This document shows positions 37,983 to 51,399 of a stretch of 64,000 bases of DNA, one piece after another. Position numbers and translations under genes: made by a program. The stretch lies in NCBI GenBank assembly GCA_965644295.1, contig CBFFRP010000035.1, positions 1 to 64,000 on the forward strand, read 5' to 3'. Each line of letters opens with the position of its first letter. Within the stretch, counting starts at the first letter, position 1. Source of the DNA: Paraphysomonas bandaiensis (Eukaryota > Protista > Chrysophyceae). The notes under the pieces are model-generated. The model saw only the letters and a program-made list of their open reading frames with translations. It had not been told where the DNA came from and ran no database searches.

Positions 37983-38654
37983 TTAGGAGAGTAATTTTTG
38001 GCGGATGTCTTTCCTCAGTTCAACGTTTCCTAAACAACATATCTGCACCATGCGCTCTATAGCTGCTGTATCCTGTTTCCCCTCAAGCCACAACTGGGTT
38101 ACTTCTCCTGTTCGAGGAACAGATGCGACCACTAGAAATGAATCACTTGATTTGGCGACGTGCGCTGAAGGAAATTGTAATAACTTTCCACCACGACTCG
38201 CTACAGCAAAGGCGCAGACAATATCTCGCATCTCTATGCCTGCATTCAAAAGAGCCAGCGATGCGCACGTAATAGCAGGGGCTAAATCATTTCCATCAGA
38301 CTGCAGCACCACTATATTAATAGATATAATAGTCTTGGCATATTTCTCTAGATGGACATTACTCTGCAGAGCGTGAGTGATCATACAGGGCTGTATCTTG
38401 CCGGGACACACAGCAGACGATGCGTATCTAACATCGCACTCCAGTTGACCCATTTTACTAAACATTCCCTTCCTCTGTGATGCATGAGGGCCGTGTATGG
38501 AGCACATGACCTTAGCCCCTCCTATCTCCATATAAGACGATCCAGACACTCCGCTAATGAGACCCACATCTACTTTAAGAGGACTCATATCAGGGGATTC
38601 GGAAGACGGAGCGGGTTCATTGATGATACGGGGGTGATAGCTGTCACTAAGCAT
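37983..38654 (-). CDS. Exosome core RNase PH-family subunit (MTR3/EXOSC6-like)
   Basis: GLISGVSGSSYMEIGGAKVMCSIHGP, GQLECDVRYA, VLQSDG, ITCASLALLNAGIEMRD; exact subunit not certain. Confidence 0.85.
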   Translation of the reverse strand: MLSDSYHPRIINEPAPSSESPDMSPLKVDVGLISGVSGSSYMEIGGAKVMCSIHGPHASQRKGMFSKMGQLECDVRYASSAVCPGKIQPCMITHALQSNVHLEKYAKTIISINIVVLQSDGNDLAPAITCASLALLNAGIEMRDIVCAFAVASRGGKLLQFPSAHVAKSSDSFLVVASVPRTGEVTQLWLEGKQDTAAIERMVQICCLGNVELRKDIRQKLLS

Positions 38655-39399
38655 GATGGTAATGTATGTGTGTATGTGTGGGCTCTATATATGAACACAT
38701 ACACGTAGATGTCTATATGCATGCATATATATGGATGGAATGTACAGCAGTGTATGTGTATGTGTATGGTATGTGTATGCATGTATATGGTGTGTACATG
38801 TACAGCGGTAGTTCATCCATATGGTATGGTATGGTATTCCGTATTCTGTATTCAGTGGCCCTTCACTTCACTCTCCCGCACTCGTAGTCTACATACAAAC
38901 TCGTACACAGCAGTATACAGTCCCAGTATACCATACAATACACCTGAATAGACATGAATCAGCCACGCCTCATGTGGATATCATCCGCATACTTCACCGA
39001 TATCTGTAAGATCAACTCCACATCATGAGCTAGCCTGCATCACAACAGTCAGGCAATATTCATCTTACACCCTCTTAATAGACCGTGTGTTCCTTATGGC
39101 TAGTGACTTGAGTGGTAACTATACTCATAACTTGAGCTTCATAGTGAGCTTCATAGTGTTTTATATGCTCTGCTATAAACACTGAAGGGTCTTCGATTAA
39201 TCTTCTAGCTACAGTACGTGTAATTGGTAGTAACTAGAATTGATACATGTTAGAACTCAAAGTCTTGTCTATGTAATGTGTGTGAAGCCGATAAATCGGG
39301 AAAGTACGCTTGACGACCCGCAATAATAGTGAAATCTCATGTATCTGTGTAATGCATATATGAATTAAAGTCTCTGAAACGGCTAGTCGTCATCACAAA

Positions 39400-39640
39400 C
39401 AGACAATAGATAAATACTATGACTGTGCATAGGATGAGTATGGTTGGGTTGGGTGCGAATCGGGGTGTGTGGGGTTGGCGTGAGGATCTACGCTTTGATT
39501 GCAATTGGGTCGTAGGGGTATGGCAGTTGGTGTGGCGTTGCCCCCTATCTTTGAGCATTGGAAGTCCACCTATGTATAGGGGAGGAGAATGTGAACAATG
39601 TGATTTCAAGGACGTAGAATTCCTGTGTTCGTAGAGGTGT
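39400..39640 (-). mobile_element. Third fragment of C/A-rich element family
   Basis: Minus-strand PLYIGGLPMLKDRG aligns with PLYGGGLRMLRNRG at ~8110-8155. Confidence 0.6.
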
Positions 39641-39783
39641 GGAGATGTTAATGTGAAAAAACTACGGATACTATTACTGCTCAGCTGGTTTACAATATTT
39701 ACACTTTTATAGTTACTATGTTACTGCTACATATCAAAAGGATTTAATTAATGTCATAAGCATGGATACTAATCAGTTTATTC

Positions 39784-41664
39784 CAGAGCCTGATAACCAT
39801 TAATGGTAATGGCTGTTGAGTTTTGCTGTTTGTGAGCAATTAAAAGCTGTAGCTTCAAAGATATTTGAATTATATCCGTTACTCAAAGAATACAGTAGTA
39901 GCTAACTGTATTATGAGAACCAATAATATGATAGCCATTGTAGTGATGAAACTGAAATATACTGACCGTACAAAATAGTGACGATGTAAGATCGTACTAG
40001 AAATGGTTGGTGTAGTAGAGATAACAATGAATGAAGTATGATATCTCTTATAATTATATAATATTCTATATAAGTGTTTATCTAGTCTTATTACTGGAAA
40101 TGTCAATTTCTAACCATGGCATTAATGGTAATGCCATTATAATTGCGGGGAACTGGACTACCATTAATGACATGTACTGCTATATATAGAACTGAGTGTT
40201 ATTAAGATAATAGAATACAGTATCTCCTCTACATTCCGAAGAAATTCTAAACAGTATTAGACAACAGTGTTCATGCAACTCTACAGGCACTCTATGGCAA
40301 CCTTGTTCACTATCTTCTCAATGCATTCTAGAGTTAGAGAATAGAGTCCTGACGATATCCATAGCAACGTACCCACATACCCAAAAACTCTAAAATAATC
40401 ATTGAAAATATGCATATTTCACCTAGAAACATTCATAAAAACACTATTTTTCCCCAAAGTTGAAAGAAGCTACAGCACCAGTACACAACTAAGCGAAGTA
40501 ATATACTCTGTATTTATACCATCCCACATCCAGCATATTAAGCGACGATGATGGCCAAAACAATTGATGGCAGTGTAATTTACAGAGTCTTCTTCCGAGT
40601 GGTTTAAGAGAATCCTCTCAGTGCTCTGTATCTTATTTGTTCGTTGTGCAATGCTCGCCGTTATCAAGATATACAGCGAGGTTACGTGAGTTGTGTGAAT
40701 CATATAGCCAAGAAGGGCACCAAACATGCGGATTTTTCTTGGCGAGAGGAACTCGAGAAAATTTTGAGAAGCGAAAGACTTCACGGGGGCGATTTGTTGT
40801 CTTTTGTAAGAAAGAAAGTATCTCCTGTTGCAAGGAACTTATTTCGGTGGCTGGAATGGATAGCTATGAACGACGAATCATTTTCTATCGTAGAGAATAG
40901 GTATGTTCGGAAGAGATGGAACCAATTTGTACCAAGCCCGCCAGTTTTGATATGCTGCTACAAGAATTTCTAGAGCTGCATCCATACCTTTCCCCTAATG
41001 CAAGCATATTGTTGCCAGTGCAAATTTTGAGAGGGCAGTGGCTAAAATTCAAGGGAACGATGAAAGAGACTTGACAGGCAATATGAGAGAAGAGCAGTTA
41101 GACATTTGCAACTGGATTCCATGGAGGTTGGTGTACCCTACAGAAATAACGAGGACGAGAGTGAAGGAACTGATTTTGCACAGGGTGTTCTGGACAGCGC
41201 CGAGAGGTCACCAAGAGAGCTCGACTTGGTACCTATGAGTCCAACTACCGCTGCTTGCTTCATATTGAAGCACAATCTAATGTTGTTGAGAGGCTCTTTA
41301 GTCGTGCAAAGTTGATTATGACACCTGAGCGTAGAAACATGAATCCATATCGTCTAGAATCGTTGCTATTCCTACGAGCCAATTACATGTTGTGGGATGT
41401 TTATACCCTCCATAAAGCCCTGCAAGAAGATCGTGATGTGCCAGTAGAGAGCGAGAAGTAGTTAAAATTTGTAGTCTGCTATTTAACTAAAAATTAGCAA
41501 TTAAGGGAGCACAACACTATCTATTATATGAGTGGTGCTATCTACTTTAAGTTAGTAGTAGGTATTAATGGTCATTATAATTGCCGGGACATTTTTCATT
41601 AATGCCATTATAATTGCCGGGAACTGGACTACCATTAATGGGCCATTATGGTTATCAGGCCCTG
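39784..41664 (+). mobile_element. Deleted hAT transposon with transposase remnants and nested repeat
   Basis: TIRs CAGAGCCTGATAACCAT / CAGGGCCTGATAACCAT; 8-bp TSD GTTTATTC / GTTAATTC (1 mismatch); subterminal CATTATAATTGC.GGGAACTGGACTACCATTAATG repeats; peptides RNLFRWLEWI..FSIVEN and SNVVERLFSRAKLIMTPERRNMNPYRLESLLFLRAN. Confidence 0.92.
39812..40110 (-). repeat. Dispersed repeat family A, copy 3 (inserted in hAT left end)
   Basis: Reverse-complement match to 8950-9080; flanked by CATTAATGGTAATG on both sides (~39799, ~40120). Confidence 0.75.
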
Positions 41665-41675
41665 GTTAATTCATG

Positions 41676-41951
41676 CACTCTAGAGTGAAATGGAGGCAGT
41701 TCATGAAAGTCCATATGGCAGTTAATTGTCCGTTCATATGACAGTCCATATGGCAGTTCATATGACGGTTAATTGTACGTTCATCCGACAGTGAACCGTC
41801 ATATGCACTGAGCTAATATCTGAACCGCCATATGCACTAAGCAAATATCTGAACTGCTATATGCACTTCCACATGAACAGACGCCTTAAAAGATATTTTC
41901 ATAGCTCTCGAATTCACTGTCGAATGAACTACTTTTATTTCACTAGTAATG
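41676..41951. repeat. Foldback/MITE-like element with internal inverted and tandem repeats
   Basis: Ends CACTCTAGAGTGAAAT / ATTTCACTAGTAATG; left arm GCAGTTCATATG repeats versus right arm CATATGCACT repeats. Confidence 0.55.
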
Positions 41952-41999
41952 GCATGGAAATTACGATCAATTTCCCCGATTAAAATATATATCGTCACT

Positions 42000-43510
42000 A
42001 CTACCAGCCAAAAATATCAGACCTTAGATAGTTGCGTTCTTATACATCAGTCAAAATAACACAAACGACAACCGAATCCCCTGAGCCGGATTGTAGCCCC
42101 CTTACATCTCTACCAAGAACTTCACATTCTCCACTTGGAATGTCAATGGTAACCCCTCCAACAACCCGGGAAAAATCGAAGCCATCCTTCACTACATCCG
42201 CACACAATACGTAGACTGCCTCTATCTGCTCGATGTTCGCCTGTCGCAGCACCAGGCGACGTAACTCGCTGACTACATCCAGGACCAACTCCCAGAGGCT
42301 CTTGTCTGCAGCTTTCTGAACACAACGCGGAAACAGGGCCCCAATGATCCGCGCATGGGAGGAACAATTGCAGTGGTCAGCGAAACATGAAAGGGAAGCG
42401 TCCGACGTACAAGCACTGACTGCACAGGACTAGGGCTCATCTCTCGAATTGAATTTCACACCGGCAGACCTAACAGCGAAGAACGACTCACCGCTATGGG
42501 GGCGTACCTCCCCCCCAAGCCCGTAACCGACGGACCCTGCACACTGTGTGGGCATCCTTGAAGGCCTTCGGCAAGAAAGCTCCCAGGAATGGCGCCACTG
42601 GTCCATATACGCCATCCTCATGAACATCCTATCCAAATGGATCACCAAAGTCAGAGCAAACAATCACACAGTCCTAGTCCGCGGAGCTCCCTAGAGGGAC
42701 AAACGGGAATTCGAGACCTTTGTGGATTCGCGAAATCCCTGCAACTCACATCCCCACTCATTCAATCCCTTGACCCAGAGGCCCCATACCACACCTTCTA
42801 CTGGAAAGACCGTAGTATCTCCAGAATCGACCACATCCTGCACGCGCCCCTTCCCACATACTTCCATAACTCTCGCAACGGATGCTACACATCCGACGCC
42901 CTCACCGCGCCGCGACCTTTGATCACAGACCGGTCTGGATCAAGGTCGGTATTAGTGGAACAGGCCCAACCCTCCCGAAGGAACGACATCTTCAGATCCC
43001 GCCAAGGCTCAACATCAACCATGCTGACCAAGAAATGGTAGAAGAATTTCAGAATCACCTCCACTCCCACCACACCTCATTGCCTGAGCTACACATATCC
43101 CCCCATACCGCCGAACACGCCGCCATAAAACTGGCGTTCCTACTACATCGCATCACGTTAGACGCGGCCCACGACACCCGCTACGCAGAAATATCTAAGA
43201 AAACCCGTACACTTGCCAACGCAAACGCTCCCGGCTCAAGGATGGATTCTCTGCAGAGATGAGAATTCTTGAAACAGCTTCCACCTGATCCTATACCTCA
43301 AACGGAAACTTTTCACCAGATCCGGACACCTACAACCCCGCGTCACTGACCCCTGCATGTACAGCACCATCCGGAGAGGGATCGGAAGATGGGAACACAC
43401 CACCGCTGTACTTGACCGATCATCAGAGGACCCCGATCGACCGCCCACCGCTATAATCCGGACCGACAGACCCACGGCAAATGTTAACATGGTCTGCCGC
43501 ACATTACGTG
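42000..43510 (+). mobile_element. Degenerate non-LTR retrotransposon (LINE) ORF2 apurinic-endonuclease region
   Basis: TWNVNG (~42133), VDCLYLLDVRL, GGTIAVV, TFYWKDRSISRIDHIL, FDHRPVWI; in-frame stops and frameshifts; C/A-rich strand. Confidence 0.85.
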
Positions 43511-44234
43511 CTTAAGAGCCACACGCCATATCAATATTTCTCATAGTTCATATTATGTACTGTGTATCATATATCTTCCGAATTCTAATTCCACACACAA
43601 TACTCTAGGCTCAAGGCTGTAGACACATAGTGTCAACTGAATTTAATCTCTTCACACTTCACATCCAGCTTGAATTAATCTTTGTAAATACCTGCTGAAA
43701 CTTAGCGTCACTTGTTGAATCGTTTTTTTAAACATTTGATGGAAAAGTATTTGTGTTGTGCTAAGTGCTAAGTGCTAATTGACTTACTTATTATTATATT
43801 GAGGATATAAGTATATTCCGCAGTGCACAGTACCGATACATTTATATACACGAAATCGTACCTTCATGACAACTTCATGGCCGCTCTATGCATCACTAAA
43901 GTATAGCTACAGTGAATCAATCCTACCAATTGAGAGTAGTCCTAAGAAACTGATAAAACTAATGCCTTCCTGTTGAGACTTGAAATGAAAAATAAAATGA
44001 ATTTTAATGAGAGAATAGTAAATAGCAATATTGAGATGATCATTAGTCAATGTGTACAAAACAAGAAAGGCAGTATGTATTTCTCGAAGAAAAGTGGTTA
44101 TTTAGTGAAGAAACGCCTTTGCACATAAGAACTTTTATTCTACCGTCTCTAGGTATCACAGAGAAAGCATAATTCTAACATACAGGGAGACGACCGGAAC
44201 ATTCACCAAAGCGTTCAACAACTGAGCAGCGCGC

Positions 44235-45255
44235 TTAGTAATCACCTCCATCTCCGCCACCGAACATATCCATACCACCCTCGAGGGCATCAACCTCCTC
44301 CTCGACAGGAGCAGCAGCAGCAGGAGCGGCAGCGGCAGCAGCCGGAGCAGCAGCACCACCTGGAGCAGCCGCCACCGCAAAGGCGGCAGGGTTCTCGAGG
44401 AAGTCCTTGAACTTCTTGGCCTCGTCAAACGTGTAGGTATCCATGCCAAGAGTAGCAGCAACAAGTACCTTGAAGGCATTGCCAATGGAGTGGGGAACAG
44501 AAGCCTGAGTGGGGTATCCGATCTGGAGAGAGATAGCAGCCACGCGAGACAAGGCAAAAGAGAATTTGCCGATGATAACTTCGGGGGTGATGTTGAGCAC
44601 ATCAACGCTGAAGATACTACCATTGTCGTACACACAGCGGATACCAAGACCGTAAGTGAAGGGCTTGATATTCAGCTTGGAAAGGAGAGCAGACTCGGAC
44701 TGGCCAACCTTCTCCCCGACCTTGATAAGGTGTACAGGGTTAGTGATCTCAATCTGACCCTTGACAATCTTGGTGGGGATCTGAAGGACCTGGAAGAAAC
44801 TGGTCTGGCCGGGATCACACCCAGTGGGTCCCTGGGGGATGATGACATCAACAGGGGCGATGGCACCAACACGGGCAGGGGCGGGCACACGGTTAGAGAG
44901 GATAATGTCACGGATCTCCTGGAGGTTAGCGTTGGTAAACACAAATCCAACATTTCCACTAATGGACTCCACAAGGGCCTCAATGGGGTGGCCGGGGTTC
45001 TCCTCGATGAACTCAGAGATGATGCGGCGGATAAGAGTGTTCTTACCTGCATGAGATATCGTCAATTATTTACCAATAAAACAAACAAGACCTACCCATG
45101 AGAACCTCAGCGGTACCACGCATCATAATACGGGTCTGGTGAAGCTGCTGGGATCCCACATTGTCGACCTCTACAACAAAGCATTTGGTGTAGGTGGCCA
45201 ACAAGCGCTTCAACTTGTCAAAGTAAATTTCCTTCTTTTCCTTCGAGAGAGGCAT
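44235..45255 (-). CDS. RPLP0: 60S acidic ribosomal protein P0 (uL10)
   Basis: VDNVGSQQL, LMGKNTLIR, GNVGFVFTN, PAPARVGAIAP, TSFFQVLQIPTKIVKGQIEI, Ala-rich hinge; intron 45095-45047; strong codon bias. Confidence 0.98.
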
Positions 45256-45760
45256 CTGCATCAATGATCATTCATAAAACAATACATCTGATAGAGGCAC
45301 TGACCCTTATTTAGTGGGGGAATGAGCTCGGCGTCTCAAACTATTTAACCACGAATATATATGCTGCTGCACAATATGTGTATGTGTGTATATCTCCATC
45401 TCCCTCCCCTCTCCACTGAATCAAACCAATGGACCACACACCATCCAATATCTTCAAAAGTCCAAAACTGAAAATGCTTGTGCGAATTGTGCAGTATGTA
45501 TGCTCTATGTTGTATGCTGCTGTATGCTGGACGTATACACAGAGTACATATCTACACCACCACCAGCAGCAGTGTACGGAGCTGTTGTTATGATGCTATA
45601 CATACACTGCACATGAAATGACCTTAACCATATTTCTATTCCAGGTAAACATACTACGAGTAGATTAACTTGAAGGTGCATTATGCATTAGAATGTTGGT
45701 TTTTTCGAGTAGGGGTTATATCATTCCATTACCTCTCGTGTAGCAACAAGAATATATTAA

Positions 45761-46742
45761 ATGGCAACTGCGAGATTGTCGAAGTTTACGGAGAAAGCCA
45801 TAGACCATGTGTCGAGTCAAACAGCTGTATCTATACTTGACGGTCGCGAGGGCCAAGCGCTGAAAATAATAGCCACTCGCTTGCAAATGGCTCTTAAACT
45901 GACGAATGAGCAACTGGATGATTATTACGACGCATTTGTTATGTTCCCATTAGACGATAATCACAGAATATCTGTTTCATCTTTACAGAAATTCTATACA
46001 GAAGCAGACATTGATCTCTCAGAGGAGGACTGCCTACGTGCAATTGGATCACTATCAGGAATTAATGGGCTTGTTTCATTGGACTTTGAAGCCTTTGTTT
46101 TATCCATGGAGAGATGGATCAAGAAGGTGTGTCTATATCACACTTACTTTCCTAATGTAGATATGATGCCATTTATAACATAATGTGTGATTTGAACCGT
46201 TGGTATTAGCTACCGCTTGATGTATGGCATATATGTTACTCAGTTTTAACCATTTGTAATTCAGGATGTACACCATGAAGATGTTTTGAAGATGGCGTAT
46301 ACAGTCTTTGGAGATGAAGATGGAGTCACGCTAGAGAGTATGAGTACATTCATGAATTGTATAAATGGTCCGCCTCTTACTCGAAAAGAAGTCCGTGCAT
46401 TAGTGGACCATGCAAACAGTACATAAAAGTGTCGTGTCTTTGTTCTAAAGGTGTTTTTTTCAGTTGTGCACGTATGTCATAGGTAGAATATATCCACGTA
46501 GTCGGTGATATAAGCGTAGAAGTATGTATCAACCGTAATTTTAATTCAGAAGTGGCATTGAGTAGTTGCTGTCTTATGTTATATACTAATGCATTAGTGA
46601 TGCTTTTTAATTCAAATTGATATGATACAACATTGTGAAATTGCTAATTTCTTTCAGGGCGACGGAGTCAAAAGTATTGGTCCATATTGTCTCAAATCTC
46701 AGCACTATAGATTATACTTCATCAAAGCACACTACAATATAA
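45761..46742 (+). CDS. Divergent calmodulin/centrin-like EF-hand protein (multi-exon; 3' end uncertain)
   Basis: LTNEQLDDYYDAFVMF..DDNHRISVSSL, SLDFEAFV, EDVLKMAYTVFGDEDG; GT-AG introns after 46126. Confidence 0.65.
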
Positions 46743-47270
46743 TTAATAAATTAATTTGTTTGTTAGCAGTGGTGTACTTATCCCCATTAGCCTCAGAAAA
46801 CGTGGTTTTTGACCGAAATTGGGTTCAACAGGACGCTCGCATTTCGTATTAGCACTGGGCCAATATAGACATTCAACTCCAATATTCGGTTTAACAGAAA
46901 CTATCTTCTCACTTAATTATGATATTGTAGGTCTTTTATGATTTCATTGTATTCCACAATTCTAAGGAAACGACACTTTCAACTTTCAGCAGCATATTAT
47001 CTAACACCCCAAGTTATATTCCATATTTCGTCTTATGTAAAAGGTAGAGGATCATAACGATATCAGTGCAAGTGACCTATCTTCATAATCAAAATTAAAC
47101 AACGTTAAGAGTACTACTGAAGAGTTTAAATGTCACATTCGATGCGAAAGGTGTCTTGAAGCTGTGGCACCCAGTCCTTTCAGGGTTTGGGCGCTTGGGT
47201 CATGTTGTGATGTTGTGCTTATCAGGATTGCGTGTTTCTTATCATATACACAGCATTTGAGTCAGTTAAT
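46740..47270 (+). repeat. Dispersed repeat family B, copy 2 (no hAT insertion)
   Basis: Matches 16840-17060 and 18150-18200. Confidence 0.65.
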
Positions 47271-47831
47271 CTACAATTCAATGTAAGGTTAAGGAGAATT
47301 GCCCCTTGTCCAAATTTTCAAAATTTTGAGCGCGAGACGATATTAGCCTCCTTATCACCCGTGGTTATATATAACTGTAGCCATATATATATGTTCAGTT
47401 TTGCTAGTACAATAATTCTAATGCAGCATATTTAGTATCAAATGGATAATACTCGGATCAACTTTCGTTTTTAATCTCTGTATATTTCGAGCTTCTTTGA
47501 TAAGATGTAGATGCACTGTGAGAGATCAGCCACGTGTCATTTGAAATATAGTATGTAGAAAGTGCGTCGTGGACCTTGAGACAAATTCACTTCTCACTAT
47601 TCTTCCTAATGGTTACATCTACTACTCAATAGGTTAGGCATATATGTACAGGCTTAATACCTTGGTAAAGAAAAGTTGTGATGCATCAGACAAATTTAAA
47701 CAGCAACATTCAGATATATTGGAAAATAATTACCCATTAGTATTGCTTTCACACATATGTCGATCTATACTATATATGCTAACACCTAGAACTAATCTCC
47801 CACGATACCAACTTCTATCTTGCTGAATCTT

Positions 47832-48961
47832 CTAGCTTTGTGTGGAAGTGGGAGAATCAGGAACGACTTCAGTTACCCCAGGAGCGAGTGCGAGGTAATT
47901 ATCTTTAAAGTACTGTGTTTTGAACAAGGGATTTTGGACAAGTTGTGTGAATGCGCCGTTGGTAATCCAGTAAATTATGACACCCTATACAAAAATGAAA
48001 TGAGTTAGCCTATTCACGAAACGTTTGTTGAAAATATTATGCTTTCTGGACAATATGCAACGGGAAATAGCACATAACGTACCGATGGTAAAGTGGCTGC
48101 AATGGGAACCATTACTACAGGAATAACTTTGGTCAAGACGGTCTTCGCGACTGCTTCCTGCTGAGTCTTTGGTTCGGGAACGGACTTGTAGGAATTATGC
48201 ATCAAGGCAAAGAATGTCACACCGTTCAACACCGGTAACACAAAAAGTGGATCTGGTACGCTTAAATTTTCAAACCACAGAGTACCACCGGATGCGTAAT
48301 CAGGACAAAACTCAGGCATTTGCTTGAGACCAAAGAACATGGATAAAAACACTGGCATTTGTGTGAGCATACCGAAAATAGAAGACAGAGGATTCGTTTG
48401 ATGCTTTCTCATCAGCAAACGTATTTCAGCATTCTTTTCGTTGTCGGGTATATTCTCTTCTTTAGCTCGTTGTAGGAACTGATTCAGCTCAGCTGTGAGA
48501 GGTTTGAGTCGAATTGCATCACGTTTGGCTTTAATTGACAATGGCATCAAAGCAACTCTGAACCCAATTGTCAATATAATAATAGAACTCCAGTACGGTA
48601 TGCCTAAACCAGCTGAAATCTCATTCAAAGTATACCCAACCAAGTCAAAGGGGTGATAGCCAAACTCACGAATCACGGGCTCCGCTGCTTCATCTGGGAG
48701 AGTAACATTTGCACCTGCCCAACTCTGAATTTTGCATAGAAAGCCATTTACCACTGAGCTGAGAGATTCTAGAAATGGAGGGTCAATTCCTGGCTCTGGC
48801 TGAGATTCGCTGGAAAGTGTCGGCCGAGTGGATGAGATACAACGAGCATTACATAGAACAGGAGATCTTAACATGTTGACTGAACTTCTAGCATTGATCG
48901 TTGCATTGGAGGCTATGTGTCTCCCGCTTCGTCGTGTATGTGAGAACAATAACGGAAGCAT
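47832..48961 (-). CDS. OXA1: Mitochondrial inner-membrane insertase Oxa1 (YidC/Oxa1/Alb3 family)
   Basis: Arg/Ser-rich presequence; GIPYWSSIIILTIGFRVALMPL; QMPVFLSMFFGL; GGTLWFENLSVPDP.FVLP; final exon GVIIYWITN; TAG 47832-47834; OXA1 versus COX18 not resolved. Confidence 0.85.
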
Positions 48962-49864
48962 GTTGACTACAAGCGGTAACTGTTCCGCAATTAATTAAGT
49001 AGAATTAATTGAGCTGTATCGTTGATTGAGGTGGTGTCTTAGGGTCGTATACATGCATGTGTATATAGCTCTCCTGTTGTTATATGTGTGTATGTTACAG
49101 TACACAGAAACACCCACTGAAAATTTGTGGCCATAGTTTTAATATCCAATCAAATCACTTGTTTCTGTTCCCTGACGAAATCATTGGCATAAAACACTGT
49201 GGAAAATGACTCAGTTCAGTGGTATGGAAAATGCATATGGAAGATACAGATAGATACAAGACATACATGAGACATAAGGAGATGTGCATAGAGATATATA
49301 GAGACCTCTGAGAGCGGACTCTGAAATTGGTTATCTTACTTGTAAATACAATGAAGCAGAAACAGAAAATTATCTCACTTTTGACAGCGGTAACCGAAAA
49401 TTACAGCAGTGTCTGTGGATTGCTTCTCATAATGAACTACTCATCAAATGGTCCACGAATTCAGTCTGTATCGAATGGTTCACGATTCTGTAAGCATATG
49501 CTAGCTGGACATTAGTTGCGGAAATAGGAATCTCTGAGAGAGTGTTCTGTTTAGTTATGTATTCTATTAATCTGCAAGAACGTATAAGCGATTGCAACGC
49601 ACTAACGATATGGTACACATATAATTATATTTAATTCATCCATACTATGTTACCAACAAGAAAAACTTATATACAGTTCTAAGACTCTTTAAATTAATGC
49701 ATTGGTTTCACTTATCTCATAATAGCACTGCAATTTAAAAGATCATGCACAGTACACCTATCGCCGTCAGTTCTACATCAAACAGTACTTAGTAGTCTGT
49801 AAAAAACAAACACACCACGATTCTACAATATCGACGCAATAACGAATATCCTATAAAACTCAGC

Positions 49865-51399
49865 CTACATCTCTTCACTTCTACTGTGGGATGAATCGGA
49901 ATGACGTGGTGTACTGCTCTCAACAATCCTCTTGAATGACCATATGTCTCTGACAAGAAGTTCTGGTTGCTCTAGGGCTGCAAAGTGACCTCCGCGGGGC
50001 ATTACAGTCCACTGTCGTAAGTCAGAGTAATACTGCTCAGCCCAAAACTTTACGGGTGTGAAAATCTCCTTGGGAAATACCGACATGGCAGTAGGTACCT
50101 GACACATTTAAGACAGGATATATTATGAGAAACAACTTTTCAGTAGACTCTCTAGACAACGTAGCCCAACCATAAACAAATAATAGAATGCACTCCACAT
50201 CACAACTTACTTTGACCTCTAGTTTCGACAACCGCTCAAAGGCTCCATACGAACCCCTGATAAATTCATAGTAGAACCTTATCGAGCTTGCTAAAACCAA
50301 ATTAGTAAAAAAAACGTGTGCAGTTATAATATAGTGCTACGTAATTCCTTAAAGAGTATATCGTGGGCTTACCCGAAGTATCTGTAGACCAATATATCAT
50401 GAAATTTGTCAACAAATCATCCATAGAAAATACAGAGAATAGATCTCCATCGCAATCACTCCATGCGTGAAACTTCTCTGCTATCCATGCCAAGAGGCCC
50501 ACTGGAGAATCTGTAAGGCCGTATGCCAAAGTCTGTGGACGAGTGGTCTGCTCATGAAAGTATCCTGAATGGTCCAGAATATGAAGTGGAGTGTTTACGA
50601 TTCCCACGCGTTCAGAAGGGGTATAGAACCACCACGGTACAATCGCACTGAATGCCAGGCGGAGGAGTGTAACTATACCCTTATTGAGAGGGGGCGGAAC
50701 AGGAAGCATATTAAGATGAAGCCCCATGACACAATTCTGACTTTCTGGTAGGCTTGCTTGCAGTGATGCCACTACGCTTCCCCAGTCACCGCCTTGTAAA
50801 AAGTACTGTTTATACCCCAGTACCTCCATCAATTGTGCGAATAACTCTGCAGCGGCCTGCTGATCGAATCCATCAGTGGTAGGCCGGGATGAATACCCGT
50901 AACCAGGAATGGAAGGGCACACTACATGGAATGCGTCGGATGGGCTACCACCATAATTTTCAGGTTCAGTAAGCATAGGTAATATTTTGTGGCACTCCCA
51001 AAATGATCCTGGCCAACCGTGTATTACCATCAGCGCCCTCGCATCAGGATTCTTGGAGCGTTTATGAACAAAGTGTACATCATAATTGTCAATGCGGACT
51101 TTATATTGAGGCATTTCGTTTAACTTTTCTATCGTAGCCTCCCAGTCGAACTTATCTGTCAAGTACTGAGCGAGGCTCTGGATGACATTTAGAGGAATGC
51201 CATATTTCCAATCGTTTCGTTGTACAGCATAAGAACTTCCCAATTCATCAGGCCAGCGAGTTACATTAACTCGATCTTTCAGGTATGTGAAGCTGTTCCT
51301 ATCAAACTGTATTCTAAATGGAATCACATCACTAGAGAGCGATGAGGGCAGTGAAGATAAAACAATTGATACGATTAAGATTGTCCAAACAAAACTCAT
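49865..51399 (-). CDS. Microsomal-type epoxide hydrolase (EHN + alpha/beta hydrolase)
   Basis: FDWEATIEKLN, HFVH, HGWPGSF, PSIPGYGYS, QGGDWG nucleophile, RPQTLAYGLTDSPVGLLAWIAEKF, GGHFAALEQP; N-terminal hydrophobic anchor; two introns. Confidence 0.95.

Noticed and set aside
44156-45101. Overlapping and antisense ORFs on RPLP0
   Set aside because: Expected from the strong codon bias of a highly expressed gene; no recognisable domains
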